Shown piece after piece: positions 49,703-59,860 of a stretch of DNA of 64,000 nt. This DNA is from Candidatus Latescibacterota bacterium (GTDB lineage: Bacteria; Latescibacterota; UBA2968; UBA8231), in contig OZ242214.1 of assembly GCA_965206595.1 (NCBI GenBank), positions 3,872,001 through 3,936,000 on the forward strand, in the 5' to 3' direction. The notes under the pieces were generated by a model, which did no database searches, was not told where the DNA came from, and saw only the letters and a program-made list of their open reading frames with translations. How positions within the stretch are numbered: position 1 is the stretch's first letter; every line of letters begins with the position of its first letter. The position numbers and the translations under genes were made by a program.

Positions 49703-51031
49703 CTACCGGCTCAGCCGGTCGAGGACGTTGCGGGTAATCCGGGCGACGGTCGCGTCTCCTTCGAGCCCGTGCGACCAGTCGGTGGTCCCGGCCGTGAACA
49801 CCGTGCCGCCGCGGGTGTACAGGCCCATGACCGCGGCGCCCTCCCTGCCCTTCTCCCAGCGCTCGTACCACTCGCTGTCGTTCGGGTGCCACCGCGCCGG
49901 TGCCGTGCACAGGATGATGAAGTCCTTGGGGGTGCCGTAAGTCCCCTTGGGTACCGGCAGGCCGTTTTCCAGCGCGTACTCGCAGCCGTCGCACTCGTAA
50001 CCGACGATGGTGTGCTCGCCACCGAAGCTGTCGCCGCGCCGAAGGCCCGTCCCCGCAAAAACCCAGTGCCCCGGACGATGGACCGAAAACGCCCCGGACC
50101 CGTCCATGTACTGCCCGTGGCTCAGGTGATAGCCCCCGTATAGAAACCCCACTCCGGTCAGCTCGTTTTCCGGCCGCCCGACGAGGTGGTGGCTCCACAA
50201 GGTCGACAGGTTCGCGAAATCTCCGGCGAAGTAGGCCGGGTCCATGTTGAACTGCTGCTTCCAGCAGACCAGCGCCCGGCCCTCGTCCTCGCTGCGCACC
50301 CGCCAGCACACGGAGTTGCCGCTGAAGAACGCGGCGTTGCCCCCGGCGGCGATCCAGGCTTCGAGGTGGTCGCGCATCGGCCCCGACCAGTATTCGTCGT
50401 GCCCCACGCTGAGCACCAGCCGGTAGTTGTCCAGCAGCTCGGGATGCAGCTCCAGGTCGGAATTGGCGCAGTAGTCGAGCGCGTATCCGGCGCCCTCCGC
50501 CCACTCGACGAAGTCGCGCTCCCAGCGGTCGAACAGCCCGGCCAGCGGACGGTCGAAGGAGACGCGATGCCCCTGAAGGCCACCGCGGCCGTGATAGCTG
50601 TAGAAGCTGTAGCCGCCCCAGTTGTTGTAGGCGCTGTAGGTATTGGTCGCCAACTGCAGGAGGATGCGGGCGTCGGTGGGGCCAGCGGGACGGACGATGA
50701 AAAAGCCCCGGCTCTCGGCGGTGCGCCGCCCCCGCCGCACGAACCTGCCGCCCTGGTCCCCGGCGCGCAGCGCGAACTCGTAGAACCCGCTGCGCCAGGA
50801 GGCCGGCACCTCCAGGGAGTGGGAAACCGGCCAGCCGCAGCCGTTGGAGGAGGCGTCTTCAGGCACCGGATGAGCCGCCCCGGGCAGTTGGTCCTGCCGC
50901 CACACCACTTCGCGCCCGGTACCGATCCGCGCCACTTCCAGCTCATACTCCTCCGCGCTGGTGGACACGTGAAAGCGCACCTTCTCGCCGGCCTTGTAGC
51001 TGAGCTGATCGGTATAGCCCTCGACGAACAT
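49703..51031 (-). CDS. N,N-dimethylformamidase beta-subunit-like protein
   Basis: Motifs EGYTDQLSY, TYSAYNNWGGYSFY, VSFDRP, VGHDEYWS, FFSGNSVCWRVR, VGYECD and VFTAGTTDW. Confidence 0.85.
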   Translation of the reverse strand: MFVEGYTDQLSYKAGEKVRFHVSTSAEEYELEVARIGTGREVVWRQDQLPGAAHPVPEDASSNGCGWPVSHSLEVPASWRSGFYEFALRAGDQGGRFVRRGRRTAESRGFFIVRPAGPTDARILLQLATNTYSAYNNWGGYSFYSYHGRGGLQGHRVSFDRPLAGLFDRWERDFVEWAEGAGYALDYCANSDLELHPELLDNYRLVLSVGHDEYWSGPMRDHLEAWIAAGGNAAFFSGNSVCWRVRSEDEGRALVCWKQQFNMDPAYFAGDFANLSTLWSHHLVGRPENELTGVGFLYGGYHLSHGQYMDGSGAFSVHRPGHWVFAGTGLRRGDSFGGEHTIVGYECDGCEYALENGLPVPKGTYGTPKDFIILCTAPARWHPNDSEWYERWEKGREGAAVMGLYTRGGTVFTAGTTDWSHGLEGDATVARITRNVLDRLSR

Positions 51032-51143
51032 TATTCCTGCCCTTTTTTAAGTTCCTGATCTTTAGGAGAGCCGACTTCTATTGCTTGAAGAGCCGGGGAA
51101 CAAAATCCCCAGGAGGGAAGGTCAGGCGCTGTTCTCTCTGATA

Positions 51144-51650
51144 TCAAACCCGGCGCGCGACGATCCGGATGAAAGTCAGATCCTTGTTCTTGTCGCGCGC
51201 CAGGAGCTCCAGATCGCCTGACCGCCCAGGCTTGCGAGGGGCGAAGTCCGACAGGAAGCCTTCCCAATCGAGCCACAGGCCGTGCCCATCCTCCATGTGG
51301 TTGCAACATTCCACGGCGACCGGACCCGATTTCTCAAGGTGCGCCACCAGTCAGCCGAGTGAAAGCTGTGCAGCTCGGGCGACCACACTTCCTTCAGGTG
51401 CGACGGCACACCATTCAGGAATTCCGCCCAGACCTGGACCCCGAACTCTCTGGCAAGGAAAATGGAACTCAGGGCCCTGCCGCAGCCCAGGTCCATGACG
51501 CGGTCGGCAGCGTTCAATGGAAGCATCTCCAGCAGGTATTCCGTGAGCCACAAGGCATTCGGACCCATTTCGTTTTCGAAGACCCACTTGGGATCATATT
51601 TGGAGGATAAAGGAAACCGTGGTCGAGAAAGGGAACTTCCACCTTCCGAC
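51144..51650 (-). pseudogene. SAM-dependent methyltransferase, internally deleted and frameshifted
   Basis: RFPLSSKYDPKW..MGPNALWL..VMDLGCGRALSSIFLAREFGVQVWA jumps to EFLNGVP..FHSADWWR, and the C-terminus is in another frame. Confidence 0.75.
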
Positions 51651-51730
51651 TCAATAGGGTCATTCTAGTGCTCCTTCCCTCCGATATCGTTTCGAAAAAC
51701 CGAAATCAAGAAAGACCTGGGGTTGAACTG

Positions 51731-52156
51731 ATGCTGACCTATCCCATTGTGCTCGAAGAGGACGACGGCACCCTGCTGGCCACGTCCCCGGATTTCCCCG
51801 AACTCACCACGTTCGGAATCGACAGAGACGAAGCGCTCGCACGGGCTGTCGATGCGCTGGAAGAGGCGATAGCCGCCCGCATACACGACGGCCGGGATAT
51901 TCCTCCACCTTCTCAGGGACCGGAAATCGCCGTGCTGCCGACCCTCACCGCCATCAAGGTGATGCTCTACCAGGGGATGCGGGAACAGGGCGTCGGCAAG
52001 GCGGAGCTGGCGCGCCGCCTCGGCTGGCACCTGCCGCAGGTGGACCGGGTGTTGGATATCCAGCACAACTCGCGAATGGATCAGCTGGACGCTGCAATGG
52101 CAGCCATAGGACGGCACCTGCACGTCGGGGCTTCAGCCCAAGGTTATCGCGACTGA
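51731..52156 (+). CDS. hicB: HicB-family antitoxin with C-terminal HTH
   Basis: YPIVLEEDDGTLLATSPDFPELTTFG...EALARAVDALEEAI, followed by HTH KAELARRLGWHLPQVDRVLD. Confidence 0.88.
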   Translation: MLTYPIVLEEDDGTLLATSPDFPELTTFGIDRDEALARAVDALEEAIAARIHDGRDIPPPSQGPEIAVLPTLTAIKVMLYQGMREQGVGKAELARRLGWHLPQVDRVLDIQHNSRMDQLDAAMAAIGRHLHVGASAQGYRD

Positions 52157-52267
52157 CCTTCCTGCGGGTTGCCTTGAAACCGGCTGTTTCCTGCCGGCCC
52201 CGTTCCGAAACCTCCGCAATCACCGGTCACTGATCATGCAAAGGGGCCGCGGTCCCCTGAAGACCTC

Positions 52268-53140
52268 TCAACCGCCGAGCCGGTGCTTGACCGTGAGGGC
52301 CAGCGACCAACCACGTGCCGCATCGAAACTGGTCTGGTTGGTGAAGGGAGGATCTCCCTCCTGTTGCATCGGGTGGCTGGAATAGACAGCCGTGTCGGAA
52401 ATCCCGCCGACCAGGGACCAGGTCAGCCTGGCGCCGAGCAGCATCCGGTCGTTCACCTCGTACTCGGCGCCGGCGTGCAGGCGGGCGGCCGGCACCGTGT
52501 CGGATAGATCGACATCCTGGATGCTGTTGTAGAACGACAGCGGCGGGTCGTACACAGGCGGCGACTCCGCGGTGTCCTCGTAGTCGTTGGAGTACTGCAG
52601 GTCGCTGACCTCGACGAAGGCCGCGCCCAGTCCGGCGCCGACGTAGGGGGTCAGACGATGGGTCGCGGCCAGGTCGCGGTACACGTTGAGCGCCAGGATC
52701 CTGGTAGTGACGGATCCGATGGAAGCCACGTCGTTGGACACAACCGTTCCTTCCCGTCCGATCCAGGGGCTGCCGTCGAAATACTCGAGAGAGGCGAATT
52801 CCTGGTCGATGTCGTTCCGGCTCTGCGAGAACGAAACCTCGAGGCGCTGGCGGCCGAGGCCGCGGCCCAGGGCGAATGCGAACCCGGCGCCGGCATCCGC
52901 GTCGATGTCGTAGCCCCAGCGGTAACCGGAAAGCTCCGGGACGGGATCGGCATCGAAACAGGGGTCCGTGGGATAGCACACACTGTCCCGATTCCAACCG
53001 GATTGGTCCATCCCCGAGCTCAGGGCAAGACCGGATGCGCCGCTGAAATACCAACCGGACCGTCCCGTTTCCGCATCGGCATCTCCCCCAGCCCCGGCGG
53101 TGCAGCCGATTGCCAGCATCACGACCAGCGATAATCGCAT
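52268..53140 (-). CDS. Outer-membrane beta-barrel protein (OmpA/opacity-like)
   Basis: Signal peptide, SGWYFSGASG, RLEVSFSQ, LNVYRDL and LTPYVGAGLG. GGAGG RBS. Confidence 0.8.
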   Translation of the reverse strand: MRLSLVVMLAIGCTAGAGGDADAETGRSGWYFSGASGLALSSGMDQSGWNRDSVCYPTDPCFDADPVPELSGYRWGYDIDADAGAGFAFALGRGLGRQRLEVSFSQSRNDIDQEFASLEYFDGSPWIGREGTVVSNDVASIGSVTTRILALNVYRDLAATHRLTPYVGAGLGAAFVEVSDLQYSNDYEDTAESPPVYDPPLSFYNSIQDVDLSDTVPAARLHAGAEYEVNDRMLLGARLTWSLVGGISDTAVYSSHPMQQEGDPPFTNQTSFDAARGWSLALTVKHRLGG

Positions 53141-53371
53141 AAAAAACCTCCTGCCAAGAGCGGTGGACGTTACGTCCGCCGGTTACTGAACCTCGACGCC
53201 GGTGTCGGGAAAAAGCTCCCGAACGCCGGTTCCTTTCAATCCCAATCCGATTTGCAGACAAAGTGGTTCCCCGGCCAATGGCTCCGCCTCGGATGTTCTT
53301 CGGCACAAATAAACGAAACCCCGCGTCCCGGCGACGCGGAACCTGAGGTTGCAGACCTGACGGCGGGCGGC

Positions 53372-54772
53372 TCAGCCGGCTCTGATGGAGGCCTTGACCG
53401 CGCGCAGCTGCTCCAGAGTCGCCTCGGACACGCTGCCGTCCTGATAGATCCCCACGTTCATGGACACCGGGATGCGTCGCTCGACCGCCTTCTTCAGGTG
53501 GTCGATCAATGCGGGGGTGTCGTAGAGCGGCCGGGGAATCTCGGTGTCGGGTTCTTCGTGAGTCCATTCATCGTCGAGGAAGAACCAGACGTGGGGCTGC
53601 AGTTCACCGTAGTGCTCGGGGGCGGGAAGGGCCAGGAACTCCCCGATCTCTCCCGCCCAGAAATCCTGGAAATCGCTCGGCTTGCGATTGATCCAGCTGT
53701 TCCAGGCGATGATGCGGCCGGAATGGCCGGTCCTGGCTGCCGCGTACAGCGGCTCGAAACGGTGCGAGACGTTGAAGGGACAGAAGTCGAACCAGAAGCC
53801 GGCGATCCCACGGCCGTAGCGCTGCCCGATCTCGGCGAGGATGTCGCAGAAATTGCGGTGGTACCGCTCCCTGTCCCCGGTCCATCCCGACGCCTGCCCC
53901 CACGGGATCTCGTCCGTATCATCCGTGCTTCTGCCGCCGGGATAGTAGAGGATCAGCGGCAGCCCGCGCCGGCACAGCGCCCGGGACAGATCGCCGATGA
54001 GATCGCGTTCGCAGGTGTTTCCGGGGAGGAGCCGCTCTATCGCCTGGATCGGCGCCGGGAAATAGTGCGGTGCGTGAGTCGACGTGAAGATGACGTAGCC
54101 CGCGCCGGTCTCTTCCGCCATCCCGGCGAAGCTCTCGACGTCGAAATCGCTGACAGCCTGGGAGAACGGTTTGCGTGCGCCGCGTCGCGGTTGAGTGAGG
54201 GGAGTCCAGTGAAAGGTCGCTCCGTAGCGGGCTTCGACGAACCAGTCGGTGCCGGCACGCAAGCGCCGGGCCCGCTCCGCTGCCGCGGTCAGACGACCGA
54301 GGGCGCTCACCGGAGTCAGCTCGAGCGTGTACAGGCGGAGGATCTCCGACCCGGACTCCTCCTTCGCGCGCAACTCGATCGAGTCGACGCCCGCGTCCAG
54401 TTGCAGCCGGCCTGCGAAGTCGACCTTGCCGAAGCTGCTCCATTCATCCCCCCACTCCGGTATCCAGCCCCGTGTGGGGGCGACCGCCAGAGGGATGCTT
54501 CTCTCTCCCGCGATTACTTCAACTTCGATGCTGCCGGGCTCGCCGGCGCGGGAGCAGGTCATCGACACGAGGTAATCCTGCGCCTCGGCGACCTCGATCT
54601 TCCAGCTGTGGTAGTCGGCCACTCTCTCCCAGCCCTCTGTCCACAGGTGCGGCCGCTCGCCCTGAGTTTCGTCTTCCTCCGATGTCGGTTTGAGATTCCC
54701 GTGAAGTTCCGCTTCGACCGCCCACAGAACAGTTACATCCGTCGAGCTCACCGCAGTTGTTTTCCCATCCAT
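53372..54772 (-). CDS. GH29 alpha-L-fucosidase-like protein with an N-terminal CBM-like domain
   Basis: Motifs WFVEARYGATFHW, FDVESFA...GAGYVIFTSTH, RDLIGDL, LILYY, RYG..IAGFWFD and AWN. Confidence 0.75.
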   Translation of the reverse strand: MDGKTTAVSSTDVTVLWAVEAELHGNLKPTSEEDETQGERPHLWTEGWERVADYHSWKIEVAEAQDYLVSMTCSRAGEPGSIEVEVIAGERSIPLAVAPTRGWIPEWGDEWSSFGKVDFAGRLQLDAGVDSIELRAKEESGSEILRLYTLELTPVSALGRLTAAAERARRLRAGTDWFVEARYGATFHWTPLTQPRRGARKPFSQAVSDFDVESFAGMAEETGAGYVIFTSTHAPHYFPAPIQAIERLLPGNTCERDLIGDLSRALCRRGLPLILYYPGGRSTDDTDEIPWGQASGWTGDRERYHRNFCDILAEIGQRYGRGIAGFWFDFCPFNVSHRFEPLYAAARTGHSGRIIAWNSWINRKPSDFQDFWAGEIGEFLALPAPEHYGELQPHVWFFLDDEWTHEEPDTEIPRPLYDTPALIDHLKKAVERRIPVSMNVGIYQDGSVSEATLEQLRAVKASIRAG

Positions 54773-54854
54773 CGATCGATTCCCCCGGCTCTGTTTCGCC
54801 TTTCCCTGGTTTTTCGCTCCAACCAATGCCCGACACAGGTTTCGACTACCCTTG

Positions 54855-54944
54855 GGCCGCCGCCAGGGCCAGCGGGAGCAGCAAGGAGCGGAGCTTCACT
54901 TCACATCTTCTTTCTTTCGCGGGAGATGGCATCGCGTGGCTTTC
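54855..54944. repeat. Diverged direct repeat, copy 1 (RBS plus signal-peptide remnant on the minus strand)
   Basis: Shares AAGGAGCGGAGCTT.ACTTCACA...CTTTCGC...GCATCGCG.GGCTTTC with 62100-62186. Confidence 0.75.
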
Positions 54945-54979
54945 TTTTGGGAATATAGATCCACGTTTGACGCAAGGCG

Positions 54980-55390
54980 TCACTCGGCGACGCACCGCCC
55001 ATCCCTGTGCGCCAACACCGGCACGTCGGCCAATAAGCAGTCCGAAGCATACTGATAGCGCTCGTTCATCCCGGCTTCAAAGGCGTTGTACGCTGTCAGC
55101 CGCTCGGCCAGTGCCATCGAATCGGTTGATGAAGTTGAGTAAATCACGTACTCCCAAGGACCGCCGCAGGGCTTGGCACCCAAGCCCGAGTAGCGGCAAT
55201 CCTCAATTGACGCGCCTGTTGCGTCGCCGGCGAGCGCGTCGATTTCCCGTCGCATCTCCGCCAGCTGGGCGCGGTCGCCTTCCTCGGTCCGCTGTTCGCC
55301 ATTACTGTTTCCTGCGACAGGATCCGAGTCGTCACAAGCAACGGAAACGGCGATCAGTGCCGCCGCACCTACCGATAAGTAGTATCGCAT
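54980..55390 (-). CDS. Putative lipoprotein, Cys-rich
   Basis: Lipobox-like MRYYLSVGAAALIAVSVA-C and the motif CRYSGLGAKPCGGPWEYVIYS...SDC...GRC. Confidence 0.75.
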   Translation of the reverse strand: MRYYLSVGAAALIAVSVACDDSDPVAGNSNGEQRTEEGDRAQLAEMRREIDALAGDATGASIEDCRYSGLGAKPCGGPWEYVIYSTSSTDSMALAERLTAYNAFEAGMNERYQYASDCLLADVPVLAHRDGRCVAE

Positions 55391-55430
55391 GGTCTTCCCC
55401 CCTGTTACCAAGAAAAAAGGAGCCTGAAGA

Positions 55431-55647
55431 ATGAGACGAAACGAGCGCTTCATCCATTCCTGGCTGCGTCGCCGGGCGATCGCTCTGCTTGTTGTCGTCC
55501 TGCCTCTTTTGGGGTGCGGACGGGGCAGCGGCACAGGCCGGCCGGCTGATTTACCGCTCTATCCCGGAGAAGGGCGACACGACTCACCTTGTTGTACCAG
55601 GCGGGCGATTCAAGGCCAACCGTTTGCACCGGTGGATCTACGGCAGC
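55431..55647 (+). pseudogene. 5' remnant of a paralogue of the adjacent kinase-like Omp85 gene
   Basis: GRLIYRSIPEKGDTTHLVVPGGRFKANRLHRWIYGS aligns with GSMIHRSIPPPGARTHVVIPGERFRVSPSNRWFYGS. The signal peptide is in a different frame. Confidence 0.75.
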
Positions 55648-55824
55648 CCGTTCCACGAAGCCGCCGCGGTCGGCGGCTCCGGCAACCTGCGGGGCTTCCG
55701 CAAGGATATTGTCGAGTCGACGCTTCAGGGTGCGGAGGTGGGTAGGGGACCCACCGACAGAGCGCAACGCAACGAGGCGGGATGCATCGGCGAACGAATT
55801 CACGCGAGACTGCGCGCGCAGGCA

Positions 55825-58536
55825 CTAGAACAGGAAACCGGCGCGCACGTACAGTCCCGTCATTTCAGCGCCATCCATGACCGCAACGCTCACGGACCGC
55901 CGGCGGTGGAGGAACGACAGCCAGAATCCACCCCCGGCGCCGGTGTGCCATTTGCCGGCGTCGGCCGGATCCCCCGCGAAGAATACCCGGCCGGTGTCAG
56001 CGCCAAGAAACACGCCGAACTCTCCCGGCATCAAGAGCTGCAAGGAGGCAACCGCCAAACGCAGTTCGGCATTTGCATACACCGAGGCGTCTCCCGCAAA
56101 CCGGTCCTTGCGAACACCGCGGACCTGACCGCCGGAGGTGCCGGCACCGGCAAAGCCGGGCCCGCCGAGGAAGGCGCTCTCGTGGAAGGGGAAGGTCCCC
56201 CACACCTTCTTCCCACCCGCTCTCAGGGCCAGGGTGGGGGTGGTCGGAATACGAGCCGTCAGGTAGGCATGCACCGCTCCCTCTGCGGTGCCGAAGGCCG
56301 ACTTCGCATCCCAGGCGCCGGGGTAGATGGCTCCGGCGCCTCGGACCAGGAGACCGCTCGTGGGGTACGCCGGATTGTTGCGGGTGTCGTACTCGACCCG
56401 TCCCTGCGCTCCTGCCTGGCCGAAGGAACCCATGCCGTACACCGGGTGATCCAGAGAAGCGATGTATTTGTCCTGGTTGGCAGCCAGTGGCGTGTTGGAG
56501 TACTTGACGATGGGCCCCAGACTGATCGCTGTTTCCGAGCGCCGTGGTTCCGTCCCCCCAGCATGCGCCTCTCCATGACGCTGTTCCCTTCTAAGCTCGA
56601 TGGCGGGCGAGAAGACAAAGTACTTCTGTTCCACCTTGTAGAAGTCGGACGAACCCAGAAGCTGCGTGTCGTTGCCGAAGCCGGTGAAACGGACCGTCTC
56701 GAAACCGGAGTACTCGGCGTGAACGGTGGCGTCGAGACCGCGGAGAAGGCGGCGAAAGGTGCCGCTATAGGAGGCAAAGGGCTTGAGACCGCTACTGGCG
56801 AACCCGAGGCTGAAGGAATGCCGTGCAGCGAACGGGTCTCGGCGATAGCCGAAATACTGCCGGCTGTGAGACAGGCTGAGGAACGCACCCAGATCCCGAT
56901 CCACCATCACGATCGGGATGGTTGACGTCAGCATGCCCCAATCCAGCGCGTACCTGGCATTGGGCGTGTGGGTGGCGGGCGGGCGTCGGTAGGGACGCTC
57001 GTCGGTTCGCGCTCCGTTGCCCTCGACGAACCGATTCTTCCCGCGAGAGTCGTAGAACGCCGTTCTGGAAGCGCCAACCCCGGACGCGTTGACGAAGGTG
57101 TCATCCCCGCCGCCACCATCGATGCGAACGGAAATCCGTCCGTCCGTCCCCGATACCTCCACGCTGTCGTCTCCCCCCCGGAGGGCTATGCGGACCTCCC
57201 GCGTTTCTTCGGCGTGGAACGTCCGCTCGAACCAGGGCGCCGTTCTTTCTCCCCCGGGTCCTTCGGCGAGACCTATACGGACGACGAGATTACCGTTCCG
57301 CAGGTGCTCGCAGTGGAGGTACTCGTCCCGGTCGGTCGCCCGGATTTCGGCCTGGCGAGTGATCGACTCGTAGTATCTGTCGGCAAAGTCAGGCAGCGCG
57401 TCGCGACGCGACTTGAGGGTCTTGGCAAGAGCTTCGCCGACGCCCTCGTAGTACGGCGGGGGGAGGCGGCGGACTGCATCTTCGATGACGGGATCCGGCA
57501 GGTCCTCACGAAATTCCGCTACCACCGCATCCCACGCCGTCCGGTCGAGTTCGGCCAGGAACTCGCGATCCAACTCCCAACCGGTCATGGTCAGGCCAAC
57601 CAGATTTGGATAGGTGTCCTCGAAGCGGATCTGGATGGGTATCGCTCGGCGCGCTAACGCCATCGCAAACCCGTCGAAGTCAATGAAGGCCTGGTCGCGA
57701 TCCTCTGGTATCGGGAGCCAGGTATGGCAATCCCCGTCGGGGAACCGCGCCCATCGCCACTGGCCGTGATGGCGGTCCTTGTCGCCGATGAGAAAGTCCA
57801 TGAGGCGCGCCTTGAGAAAGGCTCGGGCATCGACACGGTCGCAGGGGCCGTCTTCCAGGCGGTTCCGCATCTTGTCCGTGCCGCTCACCTTCCGCGAACC
57901 GGCGAAGCCGGGGGTATCGTCCGGGCCTTCGGAAGGATGTTCCTGCAGCAGTCCGATCAAGCCCGCAAAGGAAGCGCGGTACTCTCCGAGCCGGGGATCA
58001 TCCGGAATCACAACCAGCGTGTGCCCGGAATGGAGAATGCCGGTAGCTTCCATCAGGGGATCGGCCACGAGCGCCCCGGTGGGCAGCATCGCGCTGATCA
58101 GGTCCTGAAGGACTTCGCCCACGACCGTTTCCCTGACGATGTCCGGCACCCGCCGGGTGGCGTCCTTGTCCAGCGAACGGACCGTATAGCGGCGGCCATC
58201 CCGCCCGGTGAAGTGGAGGGAGATGGACTGTCCGAAACCGCCGGTGCGAAGCGGCGTCAGGCCGCCTCCCACCCGATCCAGGTCGAGGACCTCAACCTCG
58301 ATCGGCGTAGTCCAGAGGTCGCGGTAGTTGCTGCCGTAGAACCAGCGGTTGGACGGCGAGACCCGGAATCTCTCCCCCGGAATCACGACATGGGTCCTCG
58401 CGCCCGGAGGAGGAATGGACCGGTGGATCATGGACCCGGGAGCCGGTGGGTCTTCCTGGGACGCCGATGCCGCCGGAACGGAAAGAACGAGCACCAACGA
58501 GAGAAACATGGCGCGCCGCTTCGGAGGCGTCATCAT
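55825..58536 (-). CDS. Omp85/BamA-TamA-family outer-membrane protein with an N-terminal kinase-like domain
   Basis: Signal peptide; TGGFGQS, TVRSLDK, DFLIGDKDRHHGQWRW and PEDRDQAF. The barrel has DTRNNPAYPTSG, VRG..KDRFAGD, NAELR, DTGRV and a terminal F. Confidence 0.8.
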   Translation of the reverse strand: MMTPPKRRAMFLSLVLVLSVPAASASQEDPPAPGSMIHRSIPPPGARTHVVIPGERFRVSPSNRWFYGSNYRDLWTTPIEVEVLDLDRVGGGLTPLRTGGFGQSISLHFTGRDGRRYTVRSLDKDATRRVPDIVRETVVGEVLQDLISAMLPTGALVADPLMEATGILHSGHTLVVIPDDPRLGEYRASFAGLIGLLQEHPSEGPDDTPGFAGSRKVSGTDKMRNRLEDGPCDRVDARAFLKARLMDFLIGDKDRHHGQWRWARFPDGDCHTWLPIPEDRDQAFIDFDGFAMALARRAIPIQIRFEDTYPNLVGLTMTGWELDREFLAELDRTAWDAVVAEFREDLPDPVIEDAVRRLPPPYYEGVGEALAKTLKSRRDALPDFADRYYESITRQAEIRATDRDEYLHCEHLRNGNLVVRIGLAEGPGGERTAPWFERTFHAEETREVRIALRGGDDSVEVSGTDGRISVRIDGGGGDDTFVNASGVGASRTAFYDSRGKNRFVEGNGARTDERPYRRPPATHTPNARYALDWGMLTSTIPIVMVDRDLGAFLSLSHSRQYFGYRRDPFAARHSFSLGFASSGLKPFASYSGTFRRLLRGLDATVHAEYSGFETVRFTGFGNDTQLLGSSDFYKVEQKYFVFSPAIELRREQRHGEAHAGGTEPRRSETAISLGPIVKYSNTPLAANQDKYIASLDHPVYGMGSFGQAGAQGRVEYDTRNNPAYPTSGLLVRGAGAIYPGAWDAKSAFGTAEGAVHAYLTARIPTTPTLALRAGGKKVWGTFPFHESAFLGGPGFAGAGTSGGQVRGVRKDRFAGDASVYANAELRLAVASLQLLMPGEFGVFLGADTGRVFFAGDPADAGKWHTGAGGGFWLSFLHRRRSVSVAVMDGAEMTGLYVRAGFLF

Positions 58537-58617
58537 GGACTCCTTCGCTTTCGGGGTTGTCAACTGTACATCCTGCCCATCCAATGCGCCGGCAGATTGT
58601 CGCTCTTTTGCGCGCCG

Positions 58618-59646
58618 CTAGCGGCCCTTGGCAACGGGGTAGAAGCTCAGGCGCGCGCGCTTCCCCGCCCCTTCGTCGGCTATGACCAAGGTATTGTCGG
58701 AAGCAAAGGCAATGCCCTCGGCCTGCGGATGCCGGCGGGCGGCCAGTTCCGCTACGGCGAGGACCTGTCCCTGTGGGGTAATCTCGGCAACGGCGCCCTG
58801 GCGGGCAGCCACGACATAGTAGTTTCCCGATACCGGGTGCCGCTCGATGCCCGAAGGTTGGAACCGTTTGCTGCCGATGCGGCGCGCCAGCGCGGAGGCC
58901 TCCAGGAGGATACGGCCGACCTCGACGAGCTGTTTGGTATCGACGGACCAGCGATATATCGCTATCAGGCCCGCCTGCCCGGGGTTCCTGGGGTTTTTGC
59001 TGACGAGCAACAGCACTCGTTGGTCCGGGTCGTAGGCGAGTCCCTCTATTTCGTAATCTCGTCCAATGCCGGTTGCATACAGATTGTAGAGAACGGTTGC
59101 CCCGTCGGCGCCTTCGCCAAACTCGTACAACCGTCCTGAACTCGAGACAAGGTATAGGTGACCTTCAGCCGCGGCGATGCCTTCGAAGTCGTCGGCGACC
59201 GGATCGCGCCCGGCGCCGAGTGCGAACGCCTTTACAATCGAACCATCGCGATAACCGATCTCCACTACCACGCCCCTTTCGTCATCGTGCGCGAGGAGTC
59301 GGTTCCCGGCGAGCATGGCCAAGCCGGAAACCTCCCGCAACCGCTTCGGCAGCTTGAAATGCCGCGCCGGTTTTTCGAGGTCGTAACTCGCGAGGGTGAG
59401 ATGGTCCCCGCGCACCGTGCCTGAAGCGGATGTGGATGGCAAACTTTCCGCGGCGTTGGCCGCGGCGTCCACGCCGGAAGCGATCGCGGCGTCTTCCTTC
59501 GCATGTGCGCCGCCTGATGTGCCGTGATGCTGCACGTCCACGTCGGAATCGATCGCGGCGTCATGCCGAACGAGCAATGCCACCACAAAAAACAAAACAC
59601 TGAAGATAAAAAACCCTGTCAGGAAGTTGTTACCCGGACTGCTCAC
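58618..59646 (-). CDS. SdiA-regulated/YjiK-like beta-propeller protein with an N-terminal TM anchor
   Basis: Repeated blade motifs LREVSGL, HDDERG, DDFEGIA, EIEGLAYD, FQPSGI and PQAEGIAF. GTG start inferred from homology to the neighbouring SBP start. Confidence 0.85.
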   Translation of the reverse strand: MSSPGNNFLTGFFIFSVLFFVVALLVRHDAAIDSDVDVQHHGTSGGAHAKEDAAIASGVDAAANAAESLPSTSASGTVRGDHLTLASYDLEKPARHFKLPKRLREVSGLAMLAGNRLLAHDDERGVVVEIGYRDGSIVKAFALGAGRDPVADDFEGIAAAEGHLYLVSSSGRLYEFGEGADGATVLYNLYATGIGRDYEIEGLAYDPDQRVLLLVSKNPRNPGQAGLIAIYRWSVDTKQLVEVGRILLEASALARRIGSKRFQPSGIERHPVSGNYYVVAARQGAVAEITPQGQVLAVAELAARRHPQAEGIAFASDNTLVIADEGAGKRARLSFYPVAKGR

Positions 59647-59659
59647 AATCCATACCCCC

Positions 59660-59761
59660 TCAAGGTTGGAAGACCCCTGGAAACAACACCCAAAGGCCCC
59701 CGAACAAAAGCAATGTGGCAAGATAGTGAACCACGAGACGGACGATTATGTTGTCGCGCAT
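59660..59761 (-). pseudogene. 33-aa remnant of a second DUF4956 gene
   Basis: MRDNIIVRLVVHYLATLLLFGGLWVLFPGVFQP* compared with MLDNIIVRLVVHYLATFLFFGGLWELLPGIFQE at 61925. Confidence 0.85.
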
Positions 59762-59860
59762 ATTGCTTCTTTAATCAACTAAGTTCGCTGCGGGCAAAGA
59801 GAACCGGGCCGAGATCCTTCTACGGGATCGCGTCACACGAGCGCAGTGGACCCGCTCCCG

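Noticed and set aside
53321-53339. Hairpin CCGCGTC-N5-GACGCGG after the GH29-like gene
   Set aside because: It is a possible terminator, but the U-tract is interrupted and offset, so it is too weak to call.
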